A stretch of DNA of 63,078 bases, counting the filler. It is 13 parts of 13 records of this genome, joined end to end, with 100 filler letters (N's around TTAATTAATTAA, not from the genome) between each part and the next. Parts side by side here need not be neighbours in the genome. Positions count along the whole stretch, not along the records: positions 17,906 to 25,762 come from SRR15195285_2306; positions 25,863 to 29,701 come from SRR15195285_2308; positions 29,802 to 32,999 come from SRR15195285_2311; positions 33,100 to 36,507 come from SRR15195285_2315; 9 more parts are not named here. One strand, written 5' to 3'. The notes under the pieces were generated by a model. That model made no database searches and was not told the origin of the DNA. It saw only the letters and a list, made by a program, of their open reading frames with translations. A program made the position numbers and the translations under genes. Of this stretch, positions 24,401 through 36,607 are shown in pieces (within the stretch, counting starts at the first letter, position 1; every line of letters begins with the position of its first letter).

Positions 24401-25762
24401 ACCTATTCGCCTCGAGCGCTAAGGCACAGATCTACACAATTCTGTTCAATCTGATGACGGGCATTGTAATGATGGTGGCCTCATACATCCTTGGCCAGTT
24501 TTACAAGACGCACGAGATCAACGAGGTCTTGATGTGGTTCTACCGGGTCTTTCCAGGATTTTGTCTTGGGCATGGACTGTTGCAAGTATTCATCAATAAC
24601 AACGAGGTAACAGCTGCCATGACCGCGGGTATGTTTGGCGGGGGCGATACGGAAGACCCAACCATGTTCGATTGGGACATTGCGGGCAAAGATCTCTTGT
24701 ATCTGTACATGTCAGCCGTCTTCTATACACTATGTGTGCTAATGCATGATTTTTTGGCATCGTATCCAGCGCTGGACAAGAAGCTGCACGAAATGCTGCC
24801 AGGCAGCAGTGATCAGATCGAAGCGGTGCAGGAGGCGGCGTCGCAAATAGAGTTTGATGAAGATGTCAATGCAGAGGCAGAGCGCGTCGCATCAGGTCGC
24901 GCGGACGGTGATGTTGTCAAGTTGCACAACCTACAGAAGGTCTATGCTGGTGGAAAAATGGCAGTCAAGAATATCTCTGTGGGGATTCCGTTGGGAGAAT
25001 GCTTCGGTCTCCTCGGAATAAATGGAGCCGGAAAAACATCGACACTCAAGATCCTTAGTGGCGATCAGCTTCCGACCGCAGGTACAGCCCACATAGGTGG
25101 AATGAACGTTTTGGAAAACCAGCGTGCTGTGCGTACTCTCATCGGTTACTGCCCACAGTTTGACGCCCTGTTGGACCTGCTCACCGTCCGTGAGCACCTG
25201 GAGCTCTTTTCGCGGATCAAAAATGTCCCAGAGGTGGAGATAAGTAAATCAGTTGACTCCGCATTGAGCCGCATGGACCTGATGCGCTACTCCAACAAGC
25301 TGGCTGGTGCGCTAAGTGGTGGCAACAAGCGGAAGTTGTGCGTAGCGATGGCGATCATGGGAAAGCCCAAGGTGGTTTTCTTGGATGAACCATCGACAGG
25401 CGTTGATCCAGTAGCCAGAAGGTTCATGTGGGACATCATCTCGGAGATCTGCGCGGAGGATCGTGAAACAACAGTGATCCTTACAACGCACAACATGGTG
25501 AGATTCCCTGCAGGGCTTATCTCTACCGTGTGCTTAGTGCAGTTGGTTCTGATTGCTGTCCCATTGTCTCACCCTGCTTGTGCTACATCAGGAGGAATGC
25601 GAGGCGCTCTGCACGCGACTCGGCATCATGGTAGGAGGGTACATGCGCTGCCTTGGCTCTATCACCCATTTGCGGGATCGTTTTGGCCAGGGCTACCAGC
25701 TTGAGATCAAGCTCCGGTGCGCGCATGCTGTTGCTGCGGCGGCGGCGGCTGCTGCTGCTGCT
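18416..25762 (+). CDS. Full-length-type ABCA subfamily transporter (3' truncated)
   Basis: N-terminal '[12 protein letters not shown]'; '[14 protein letters not shown]'. NBD1 [32 protein letters not shown]2 [39 protein letters not shown]. Introns 20122-20221, 21598-21715 and 25498-25591 restore the frame. Confidence 0.95.
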
Positions 25763-25862
25763 NNNNNNNNNNNNNNNNNNNNNNNNNNNNNNNNNNNNNN
25801 NNNNNNTTAATTAATTAANNNNNNNNNNNNNNNNNNNNNNNNNNNNNNNNNNNNNNNNNNNN
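25763..25862. other. Artificial contig-joining spacer
   Basis: N44-TTAATTAATTAA-N44, preceded by a (GCG/GCT)n triplet run. Confidence 0.99.
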
Positions 25863-25927
25863 TGCACCCCGACCCGTAAATCACATTGTCATTGCCCCGC
25901 GCCGCGGCTTCTGGCAGAAAGCAGACG

Positions 25928-28900
25928 ATGAAGCTGTGGTCATGGACAGCCATGGTGGCAGTGCTGCTGCTGCTGCTGGTCTCGAGCCTAAGTGCGTCCA
26001 GCTCATCAGACGATGACGATCCATACAACCATCTTCCCGGAATCGGCGACGCACTGTGGCTGCGCTACCCGCTCATCTCTTCGTTGGCCCGGCGGGCGGA
26101 GTACAGACAGCTGATCGGACCACGCGCAGCGGTGGTCTGCCGTGAAAGTGGCGGAGGTTGCACCACCAATGTCGTCAAGCTGCAGCTAGATGCAGCGGCA
26201 GAAGAGCTGCGCACCGGTTTGACCGGCCTGCTCGGCGAGCAGATTAAGGTTAGCGTAGGTGACACGGCGGCCGGTGCCAGGCTGGTGGCCAGCGTGCTGC
26301 CGGCGCAGGTAGCTGCGCTGGGTACCGAAGGCTTCCGCATCTCACAGGTCAATGGCACCGTGCACGTCGATGCCGCATCCAGCTCCGGGCTGCTTTACGG
26401 CGTCTTTCGGTTGCTCGCGACGATGCAGCAGCACAGCCCGTTGCCGACGAACTACACGTCAAAGCCAGCGATGGAGCGCCGTGTCTGGGAATTGTGGGAC
26501 GTACGATACATGAACTCATGGATCCTTCGCGCATGCCATAAATTCTCTCTACATGGCTGTTCGTATAGCCTGCACATTAATTATCGTTCCACAGGTACTC
26601 GATGGATCAGTCACCCGCGGCTACGCTGGGAGGTCCTTGCTGTGGCCACACGCGCTGTACCATGACAACGTGGAGCTGCCGGCCAACAAGCTCTTCCTGA
26701 CTGCATGCAATGCGAGTGATCCTCACCAGCAGTGGGAGTTCCCGACCAACGGGGGCGAAGGTGGGCGACTGGAATCCAAATCAACTCACTAGAACCCAAT
26801 TTTCTCCCCGGGATTAGGGAGAAACTCGACTAGTCTGTGTGACTAGTCACAGGTATCTCCATGGAGCTGCTTTGCTGACTGTCTCGCTCGGGTCTCCGGT
26901 GGTGCAGGCCTGATCACGAATCTCGGGAATCAGGAGTGCCTGCCATCAGGTCCGCACCAGAACCCGATGCAAACTACAGCCAACAAGAGCGCCTGCACGG
27001 TGTGGCTCCTAAACGGCAACAGCTCAATCTCTGCAAAGGGCGAAGGCCGCTGCATTGACGTACAGAATGGGGAGGGCCCGGACGTGGACATCTGGCACTG
27101 CAAGCTACCGTACAGTGGTTCGGACCCGCACACCATCGCCGATCGAACCAAGCAAAAGTTCTCCTACAACACGACTACGAAACAGTGGATGACGGAGCCA
27201 GGTATGTACGCGCCCGGCTCGCATGGCCGGTGTCTGGGCGTGCTCCCGTTGTGGCCGGCGCCAGAGGGGCTGCCACCGTGGCAAGGGCGGTGGAAGAAAC
27301 GGTTTGAGCACATGGTCAAGCTGCTGAAGTCGGTGGGCATGAACGGGATGTCGTTGAATGACGTGAACGCGGACCCAATGATCTTGGACTCTGCGTTCCT
27401 CACCAACATAAGCGCAAATATCGGGCCGATCCTTGCGAAATGGGGCGTGGCGCCGTACATCTCGGCATCGTACGCCGCACCGTACACGCTGGCCAACATT
27501 AGCTCCGACCCAGCAAGTCCACTAGCTGAGCGCTGGTGGAAAGACAAAGTGGTGGAGATCAAGGCACAACTACCAACTTTCTCGGGCTTCGTTGTAAAGG
27601 CGGATAGCGAAGGGAACCAGGGGCCACAGAGCTTCAACAAGACCGAAGCCGATGGCGCCAACCTGCTGGCCCGCGCACTGAAGCCGGTCGACGGGGTTGT
27701 ACTGTGGCGGGCGTTCGTCTATGGCGGTCAGATCGACGGCCAGTGGCAAGAGCGGGCCAAACAGGCGTATATGACCTTCCAGCCACTTGACGGCAAATTC
27801 GACGAGAAGTGAGTCTACCGAACTTGAAATGAGTTAGCCTAACGCAAACTCCGGCTCTTCTGCTGATTATTCGAAATTGCTATCCAGCGTGATTGTTCAG
27901 ATCAAGAATGGCCCCATGGACTTTCAGGTCCGTGAGCCAGTGTCACCGTTACTTGCTGGTGGGCTCAAGCGCACCGTAAGTGCTGATACTTACTCGTCTC
28001 GTATTGCAGTAGGATCCGTACGGAGATGCTAACAAACACTTTTCGTACGCAGAATATCTTGATGGAGGTGCAGGCTGCACACGAGTACACAGGGCAGGTG
28101 AAAAAGCGGCCTCCTTGCTGTCATGTCTACCGGCTCAGTAGATGTAACCACTGTTTGTTTGTCATGCATACATAACTGGTGCCACCGTCTGCCTGGCCAG
28201 GCGCTACACGCTGTTGGCCTCACCACGATGTGGAAGAGTTATCTGGATTTCGACATCGCCAACGATGGAACTACCATCGCCGGTGTGCTGTCTGGCAAGG
28301 ACACGCAGCACTCCGAAGGTCGACCCATAGGTAAAGGCATGGCGTGCGTCTCGAATTTTGGAGACTGGGCCAACTTCACAGGTCATGTGCTGAGTGCAAG
28401 CAACGTGTACGGCTGCGGACGGCTTGCTTGGGATCCCACGCAAGCTTCCTCCACAATCCACGCCGAGTGGGTCTCGATGACGTTCGCGCGTCCGGCAGCG
28501 TCGGACCTCGCCCGTGCTACCGTCAACACAGCTATCACCTCCATTTTGGACAGAGGCTGGCTCGCGTTCGAGGGCTATACATCCCCCAATGGTATCGGGT
28601 TCATGTGCACTGGTTGCGACAGCGGCATGTCGCCGGAAGGCTGTGCGCCGCAGACGAAAGGACCAGGGCGTGGACCCGGCGGCGAAGCCTGCCCGTTCAA
28701 CGCTAACCCTGACGACCTACAGGGCGGTAAGACATGGGGGCATCCTGGTGGGCTCGAGGACGGGCACCAGGCCTGGCATTATTTTATAGACCCATGTGAC
28801 AACTATGCACAGGCCAACTATTCAAGCTTCGGCATTGGCTGCGATAGAGCCAACGTGAGTGGAGCAGGTACAGGCTACGTCGATCAGTACCTGCCACCGG

Positions 28901-29274
28901 TTGCAGCGATGTTCAAGAACGCTAGCACTTGCCCGACCGAGCTGCTACTCTTCATGCATAATCTTCCTTGGACGTATCCAATGCAGTTGGCGAACAGCAG
29001 TAGCGTGCAGCTCATCGACTACATCGCGGCCAACCACGCGGCAGCAGTGGCCACGGCGGCTGCTTTCGAGCGCGAGTGGCGAGCGCTAAAGCCGTACACG
29101 GCTGGAGCGGATTCACGCTTCCCAGCGGTCACGGCGCGGTTCCAGCAGCAACTCGTGGATGCACAAGCCTTCTCGGCCGTCGTAATGGGCCAGTATCTGA
29201 CGTGGGCTGGTCGACCGAACCCATATTGGAATTCCAGCACTGCAAGAGAAAACTCCGGTACATTTGGACTTTGA
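25928..29274 (+). CDS. Secreted GH67 alpha-glucuronidase with an inserted ricin-B (CBM13-like) segment (6 exons)
   Basis: Signal peptide. GH67 motifs [80 protein letters not shown] and EYTGQ. Introns 26501-26594, 26761-26907, 27809-27887, 27976-28052, 28098-28200. Confidence 0.93.
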
Positions 29275-29701
29275 AACAAAGGCAAGGCATGAAGCTTTAT
29301 AATGAATCCGACCGGCATTGTTTCGTTCATTCCCATCCAACAAAGTTCATTGATACAAGGCAAAAGGCCAGCTACAACCGTAGTTTCTGTAGTTAAGCTC
29401 GTGAACTGCGTCCACAGTACCGCAATTTCTGTGGTAGTGCCCTGTTCAAATTTCCGCTGCTTGCTGGGCGCGTGAGAGTGCCTTACAGTTTAAGTTGCGC
29501 GCACAAAGGCTGCAAAATTGCGCTGTGGTCTAGCACTTCTTGTGTCAAAAAGTGCCTCAGTTACAACCTGGGCACTGAGACTTAGGCGGGACGGACGGAC
29601 GGACACACGTCGCGCCCACACGAGAGGTCCTCCGCCTGCTGATGCTGCGCGCCGAACACAAGCATGCCCGCCAGCAATACCTCCAGGTACACTCCGACGC
29701 T

Positions 29702-29801
29702 NNNNNNNNNNNNNNNNNNNNNNNNNNNNNNNNNNNNNNNNNNNNTTAATTAATTAANNNNNNNNNNNNNNNNNNNNNNNNNNNNNNNNNNNNNNNNNNN
29801 N
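29702..29801. other. Artificial contig-joining spacer
   Basis: N44-TTAATTAATTAA-N44. Confidence 0.99.
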
Positions 29802-29803
29802 AG

Positions 29804-32800
29804 GCGTGGGCTGCGACAACGAGCGATGGGTCTACGCCATTGCACGACCTTTGCAAGAATGGAGCTACGCGGCCAGAGACCCTCGTTACGGCAGCGGCAG
29901 CCGCAAGTGCACTATCATTGCTGCGGATAATTTGTGAGGAGCCGCGTGTGACGTCTGACGCTCTAGATGTCGCGGTGAAGGCTGCGCGCGTACCCTTGAT
30001 CTTGCAGTCAGAGAAGGGCGCCGAGCCTGCGCTCGCTGGGCTGCTCAGGCGATTTGCCCCGGGCGAGCTGCCAGCGCTGGGCAAGGCGCCGCCTCACCGC
30101 TGGTTGTCACACGAGCGCCTGTGGGCGCGAACAGAAGAGAACACCGGCCACGGCTTGGAGCACAATCCGCTCACCGTTGCGACGAACCTCAAGAAGGGCA
30201 AATGGGTCGATGTGTTGGTCGATGAAATTCTGGTGGAGCACGACCTCGTGTACCGAGTGCCCGATCTTCATGCCAACCTGAAGCAACTGTTTGATGCCGG
30301 GTATGGTGACGCTGCAACTCGACTGCTGAGCCAAGGAGGCGTCCGTGTGGTGCCTCACCCAGTCGGAGTGTTGCCGTCAATCGACCCTGAGGATGCCATG
30401 GAGTTCGGTTGCGCTAACGATGCATGCAGCTGTGACCATGATACTGTGGAGCCGTTCAATGCCGAGACGCATTCGCATGGGGCTAGGGTTGTCGTGCGCG
30501 CGGACGCCGAGATCTATTGTTTCCAAACGTGGCTTAGTCAGTCATACTTCAAGCCCGGGCAATCCCATTGGCACACGTGTGAAACACGCAGCACCATTGG
30601 GGCCGAGCAGGTGCGTGGGCAGCTTGTCTCCGCTGCTTGGGATGACTACAAGCGTCTGCGTCATGTGCACGGGTCGATTGATGCGAAACCAGGCTGTGCC
30701 ACAGTTGATATTCCAACATTCGGGGTGAGCGGTGTGAAGTATGATGACTTGGAGGTGGAAGGCACCGCCGCAGCGTGGGCCGATCTCGTGCCCGACAAAG
30801 CAACAACTCCCCAGACTTGCCAACTGTACCCGCAGAAACGCGCCGTAAAGGCTGTGGCTGAGCCGGTCATGCTCGCAGTTGAGAACGCATCTTCGAAGCT
30901 GCTCCCACTCCTTCTGAAGCAAAGCGAGCGCCATGCAGACATCTTCAGCACAGAGATCGTGTGCAATCTGATCGATTTCAAGTGGAACAAGTACGGCCGC
31001 CGCCTCTTCTTTCAAGAGACGGGACTTCACTTGGCTCTTGTGTTGACGTGGCAGTGGGTGACCGTGCACGACGCGCAGACTAAATTGATCATGTTCGCCG
31101 ACTATTCTTTCGTCCAGGGCCTGACTGCCGTGGTGTTGTGTGCGGCACTGAGCATCGGAGCACGTCGTCTGACACGCTGGATGTCTAACAGCTGCGCAAC
31201 GGTGCTGGGCGCTGTGGCTGCCTTTGCATGCTTCCTCATTGGGTCGTATGATAGTAGTTGGTCTCCGGTCGTGTTGCTTGCGGTGCTAGTTGCACTGACC
31301 GCGCGAGCTGTGGCGAACGAGATTCGTCAGCTAGCACACGCAGTGCCAAGCCCCGCAGACTTCGACAGCGACTATCCGGGAGCAAACGTGGAATACCTTT
31401 CTGCAGAGCCAGATTCCGCACACTCGTCACAAGACATTGCAGATTCAACTACTGACCAGCACACTGAACAAGACGGCGATTCCACAGTCGGCGGTCAGCA
31501 CAAGCTAGCCGAACATGTACTAGGACAAGAGTTTGAGCGGCTGTTGACAGCTGCCACTGAGACGGAAGCCTCTACAGAGCAACGAAAGATCACACATCGA
31601 CGGCAACTGCAGCGCTATCTGGTCGGGCTGCTTGTCTACGGTCACGATCCCTGGAATTTGCTCGACGTCGCGAGTCTTGCGGTGGTCATGCTATCGATCT
31701 TGCGGTGGGTTTGCCACTCAAATGTCGCAACGGACAGTCATTTGGCAGCTGTCGGCACGTTTTTGCTGTGGATTCGAGTGATCGAATACTTGAATGGGCT
31801 CGAAATGACGGCCGCATACGTGCGCATGACGACGGCAGTAATCGCCGATATGATGCCGTTCATGCTGATTCTGCTGCTACTGATTGTGGGCAATGCTTTC
31901 GTGCTGCTGTTGCTATACCCACGAAGCCTTGAGCTTGACGAGAATGATTCTGGTTCTGGCTGGCATTTGGATAAGGAGGACGAAGAAATGATAGATGAAG
32001 CGTTTGGTGACTTTGGTGCTGCTCTGTTCACGGTGCGTTGCATCACTGCTGCATACTGCACTTTAGCACTGGGCAACATCCAATGTACCTAGTCAATGTA
32101 CCTAGTCTGACCATTGCTAAAGTGAGCTGGAACTTGTGAACTCAACTCGGTCGGCACAGTCCATCAACATGTTCTTCACGGGATCGGACACCGAGCTGCT
32201 AGACAGGGCACTGTCACCACTACTCGCGACATGGCACTACTTCTTCGTCGTCGTGATGACGCCGCTCATCATGCTCAACTTGCTGATTGCACTTATGGGG
32301 GGAAGCTACGAGCGTATCGAGCAAAACACCAAAAACGCGATGCGGCGCCAGAAAGCAGAGCTGTTGGTGTCGCTGGAGGTGCTCATGAGCGACGAGGACA
32401 AGCGCAACGACCAGTACTTTCCACGCTGGCTCTTTTGGTATCGCCCGGCCGAGCGCCAGGCGGAGGGCACGACATACGAGAACGGCGTGATTAACGGCGT
32501 CAAGCGAATGCTAGATCAGCAGACACAAGAGCAGAGCAAGGAGGCAATTGACGTTCGTGCCCAAGTACAGGAACAACTATCGCAGATGGGTGAGAAGATG
32601 GAGCAAGATTTAGCGCAGAGGGACACGAAGATGGAGCAAGATCTAGCGCAGATAAGCTCGAAGGTGTGTCAAATCGAGCAAGATCTAGCGCAGAGGGACA
32701 CCAAGATGGAGCAAGAACTAGCCCAACTGAATGCCAACGTCAAGCAGATTGAAAAATCGAATGCAGCGATGCTACAAGAGTTGTCCAGCAGGTTCGAAGA

Positions 32801-32831
32801 GGTCTTCGAGGGACGCAGGGACGGCGACTGA
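29804..32831 (+). CDS. TRP-like cation channel with N-terminal ankyrin remnant and C-terminal coiled coil (5' truncated, 2 exons seen)
   Basis: 'DGSTPLHDLCKNG' (ankyrin-like); 'LIDFKWNKYG', 'DPWNLLDVASL', 'LLWIRVIEYL', 'YVRMTTAVIADMMPF', 'IMLNLLIALMGGSYERI'. Intron 32033-32159. Confidence 0.85.
32594..32726 (+). repeat. Coding tandem repeat KMEQDLAQRDT (about 4 units) in the channel's coiled-coil tail
   Basis: aagatggagcaagat(t/c)tagcgcag(agggacac) repeated with a period of 33 nt or a multiple. Confidence 0.85.
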
Positions 32832-32971
32832 ACGCAGGTCATACGATACATACAAATCTACTCATTTGTACGAGTAGTACTGAATTTGAAACCATACCAC
32901 CTTCACTACAGTACCCCAGAACTTGAATAGAGTCGCGCTGACTGGCGGAGTGCCTCAAACTCCGCGCACAT

Positions 32972-32999
32972 AGTGACACCGGGCATAAGGGCCTTATGC
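32972..32999. repeat. Palindromic dispersed element, copy 2 (truncated by contig end)
   Basis: agtgacaccgggcataagg-g-ccttatgc. Confidence 0.85.
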
Positions 33000-33099
33000 N
33001 NNNNNNNNNNNNNNNNNNNNNNNNNNNNNNNNNNNNNNNNNNNTTAATTAATTAANNNNNNNNNNNNNNNNNNNNNNNNNNNNNNNNNNNNNNNNNNNN
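33000..33099. other. Artificial contig-joining spacer
   Basis: N44-TTAATTAATTAA-N44. Confidence 0.99.
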
Positions 33100-33550
33100 C
33101 ACGGCCTCGTGGTAGCGCCATTGTTGCGTGCGACATGAACATTATGTCAGATGTCATTGTGGCACAATGAGATCTGTGTGAAGTGACATCTGCCATCAAG
33201 TGTGCGGGGCACGCCGTCCTCAAGTCTTTACGCACAGTTTCAACGGGTTACGAATGCCGTGCGCTATGCAAATTGCTGGATATAGAACCAGAAGAGGCGG
33301 AGGAGAAAGAGGAAATAGCGCAAGAGGAGAAGGAGAGGCAACTGAGAGAGTTATCGGATAGCACTGGCGTGCACTCCAGCCAGGCGAAGATCAAGGTGAT
33401 TGGAATCAACGGTTAGGCTTTTGAGTGAAACACGCGCGTATCGATGTGACGACGACATGATCGCGCGAGCGCCGGCATAAAAGTGAGTCATCGAGCACAT
33501 TCACGCTGGAAGAGCACGAGTCGCTTGGCAAACGGATTTGCACAATGCCT

Positions 33551-36429
33551 CTACATTATCCAGTACACGCCGTCGGAGTCGCGGTGGAGTACAACATCGC
33601 CGTTGGTGGCGTTCCCCCGCCTCGCAAAAGTCGACCCACCCTCATCAATCAGCACGTCGAACTCGGCGCCAGCGTAGTTTAGGCCTCGTAGTTTCATGGC
33701 CGTCGCGTCTGGTGGCAGCAATGGCTCCATACTCACACCCTTGTCGTTGAAGCGCACACCACCGTAGCCAAAGACCAGCGACTGCAGAAACATTCCACCG
33801 GCTGTAATAAAGTTGACAGCCCCACCATCGTTGCGATCGTGCTCACTCCAGATCCGCCACGGAGCATAGTTCTTCTCCCGTCCTCTGGCAAACCACTGTG
33901 ACGCGTTTGAAAGGTCACGATGCGGTCGCTCCAACCAAGCTATAACGTAGTGGCCGGCGGTCATATAGCTCCCAGTTGGAGAGACACGTGGTCCCTGAGT
34001 GTGAAGCGCGACGGGACAGCGATCAGAGTTGACGCAAACACACGTGGAGTGAAAACTACCGTATCGATCCTACACTACAGTAGTATTGGTGACAATGGAT
34101 AGAGATGACTTACGTAATATGAAATGTCGTTCAATCGGACTTCCTCCTTCTTTCCACCCCAAACACGAGCAGAATTATTGAATTGCAGCGGAAATCCCAA
34201 AAGACACGAGTCAGCCTGCCCGATGCTTGGGTGGCTGAGGAACTTAGGCCCGTGCTTGTTTGGATTCTCAGTGTCGTTAACTGAGTTCGAGAAGGTATAC
34301 TGGTCATACTCGCGATGCAGGAGCCGGCCATCGAAGACTTCGAGCTGCAACTTGAGCTTGTCCACAACATGCTGCCACGCGGACAGTCGGGTATTAGAAA
34401 CAGAGACCCCAAGCTTCACCGCGGCAGCAAGTGCAGTCTCCACCGCAAAAACGAAAACTGAATTTGTATATATGTCGTTGTTGACGTCGGTCAGACCTGA
34501 GGTTTGGCGAGCAACCAAGGGTCATACACAGAATGGTACAAGAGAGCGATTTGGCCTGTCCCTATCTGTTTGACTCACCAGTGCTTTCGTCCGGTGCGAC
34601 AATGTTCTCGATCGACAGCCAGCCGTGCTCATCCGTTCGATTTACTCTCGACACCACGAAATCCGCGATACCTTCTAGTAGCGGGAAGAACTCGTGGAGT
34701 TCAGTGTTGTTCTGAGTCAGCTGGTAGTACTGTTTAATGAACAGGGCGACATCCCCTGCCACATGTACTTCTTCGTGGTTGACCAAATTGTCACGAGCGA
34801 ACCCGCCAGTAAATCCCACCTCCCAAGGGACGTATGCCCCCTCGAGGCCGAAAGCCTCGGCGTTGGTCTGGTACGCTGGCAGCTGAAACAGACGGTTCTG
34901 CAACAGGTTCTTTGCGACTTCAGGATAGAACACCATCAACGGAGGCGCCTGAAAAGTGTCTTGGTCCCAGAAAACGTGCCCGTCGTACCCATCTAAGAAA
35001 GCACCCACCGCGCCCATTAAGTCAGCACGAAACGCAAAGCCAGGGGCGATGGATACGCACGTGGATAGGGTGCAGCTGCGGCGATGGTTGACGGCACTAA
35101 GGTGGAGTGGAGCCAGTCGGATCGCGTCGACATAAGCAGGTAGTACAGCGTGGCGTTGGTGGTCTGTTGGAGTGCCAGGTCCGATGTCGACAGCTCGATG
35201 CCCCCACTATCCCAGAGCGCAGCCCAGCCTTGGCGATGTTCGTCCAGGAGTCGAGTTGAAGCTGTGCGTTTTGCATCGCTGTACAACTTCATTGCGTGCG
35301 CGACTACAGATTCCTTGCTACCCCTCAGTGCACCGGAGTCTTCGTTTGACAGTGCGAGCACGCTTAGCAGCTGCACAGTCGCCCGTGCACCTGGTGCCAC
35401 GGTCAGAAACTTCGGGCAAACATCGTGTACAAAGCCGAGTGTATGGTTGGTGTCGTAGAGGTGGCTGACCGACGGCTCACAGTTTTCAGGGGTGCGCAGC
35501 ACCCCAATGAGCTGTCGAGGGCTGCCTGTGACACCGGCTGCTCCTGCGTGCCTCTGCTGGAACACAAGGTCGCTCAGTTGCGAGTTGGTGAACGTGCGCA
35601 GCGAAACCTGCGTGCTCTTGGCACACGTCGCGCAGTCCACCTCTACCTCGGCCACGATGAGGTTACGGCGGGTCCGATGGAAGTATGTACGCATCTCGAG
35701 CTTCCCACCACCGACGAGTGCTGTCCGTTCGTAGTACACTGCGTCGCGAGTGTTCAGTGCTGCTCGAGAAGAGTTGGCGAGTAGTGCTGGGCCGAAGGCG
35801 ACAATTGAAGATCCATAGGCAGGGATGCTCGCCCGGTGTGCAAAGTCCTTTTGGGAGAAGCCACTGTCTGGCACGGGCGGGGGCGCGCTCGCTGACACTC
35901 CGCTGTACAGGCCTGCGATTCGCAGAGTCGGACCCTGTGCAATTCCTCCAAGAAATCCGTTCCCGAGGCCGGGCCACCAGAGTGCCGTGCAATTCGTATT
36001 TTCTTCTGTTGTTGGCCCGCACCGTTCCATCGGTAGCAGCTTTTCGAACTCAGGTCTGGGGCCTGGGTGATACCTGCTCCGATTAACATCGCATCATTGT
36101 TGAGTGACTGCATGTAGAACAGATTGACTGCAGGAATTCCACACGACAGCAGCGAGCTGAAATGTGGCGAACGGCGAGTCCGTTGACAAAGAAGTCATTA
36201 GGGGGAGTCGTTACAGCAGGTCTGCGCGCTGGTACGGCCCCAGCCAGTCGGCATCTCTGGACGTGGGTGGCGTCGGCGGTTCGCTCGGTGCAGAGGACGG
36301 TAGCTGCGCGGTGACCGGCGAGCGGGAAGCCGTGGCCACCAACAGCAGCGCCGCCAGAAAGGGCAGTGGCCCTAAAACGTTATTGCCAGTGATTCGATCT
36401 GTGGCAAAAACCCACATGTCCCCACCCAC
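33551..36429 (-). CDS. GH65 glycoside hydrolase (PGGHG / acid trehalase-like), multi-exon
   Basis: Motifs across exons: 'GLGNGFLG', 'LYYLLMSTR', 'YDGHVFWDQDTF', 'YVPWEVGFTG', 'EVHVAGDVA', 'NIVAPDE', 'VNNDIYTN', 'IGQADSCLLGFPL', 'GAVNFITAGGMFLQSLVFGYGG'. N-terminal hydrophobic signal. The start codon is uncertain (36429 or 36417). Confidence 0.9.
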
Positions 36430-36507
36430 GAGTTCCTTCCTCAGAGTCCCTGCTCCCTGTCCTGCCCTCCTGGACTGCCCGCACAGACCCGCCAGGGCGC
36501 CGCAGCA

Positions 36508-36607
36508 NNNNNNNNNNNNNNNNNNNNNNNNNNNNNNNNNNNNNNNNNNNNTTAATTAATTAANNNNNNNNNNNNNNNNNNNNNNNNNNNNNNNNNNNNN
36601 NNNNNNN
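36508..36607. other. Artificial contig-joining spacer
   Basis: N44-TTAATTAATTAA-N44. Confidence 0.99.

Noticed and set aside
33183-33416. Short Glu-rich ORF (EEAEEKEEIAQEEKERQ)
   Set aside because: May be a terminal exon of a gene lost at the contig edge, but too little sequence to support a call.
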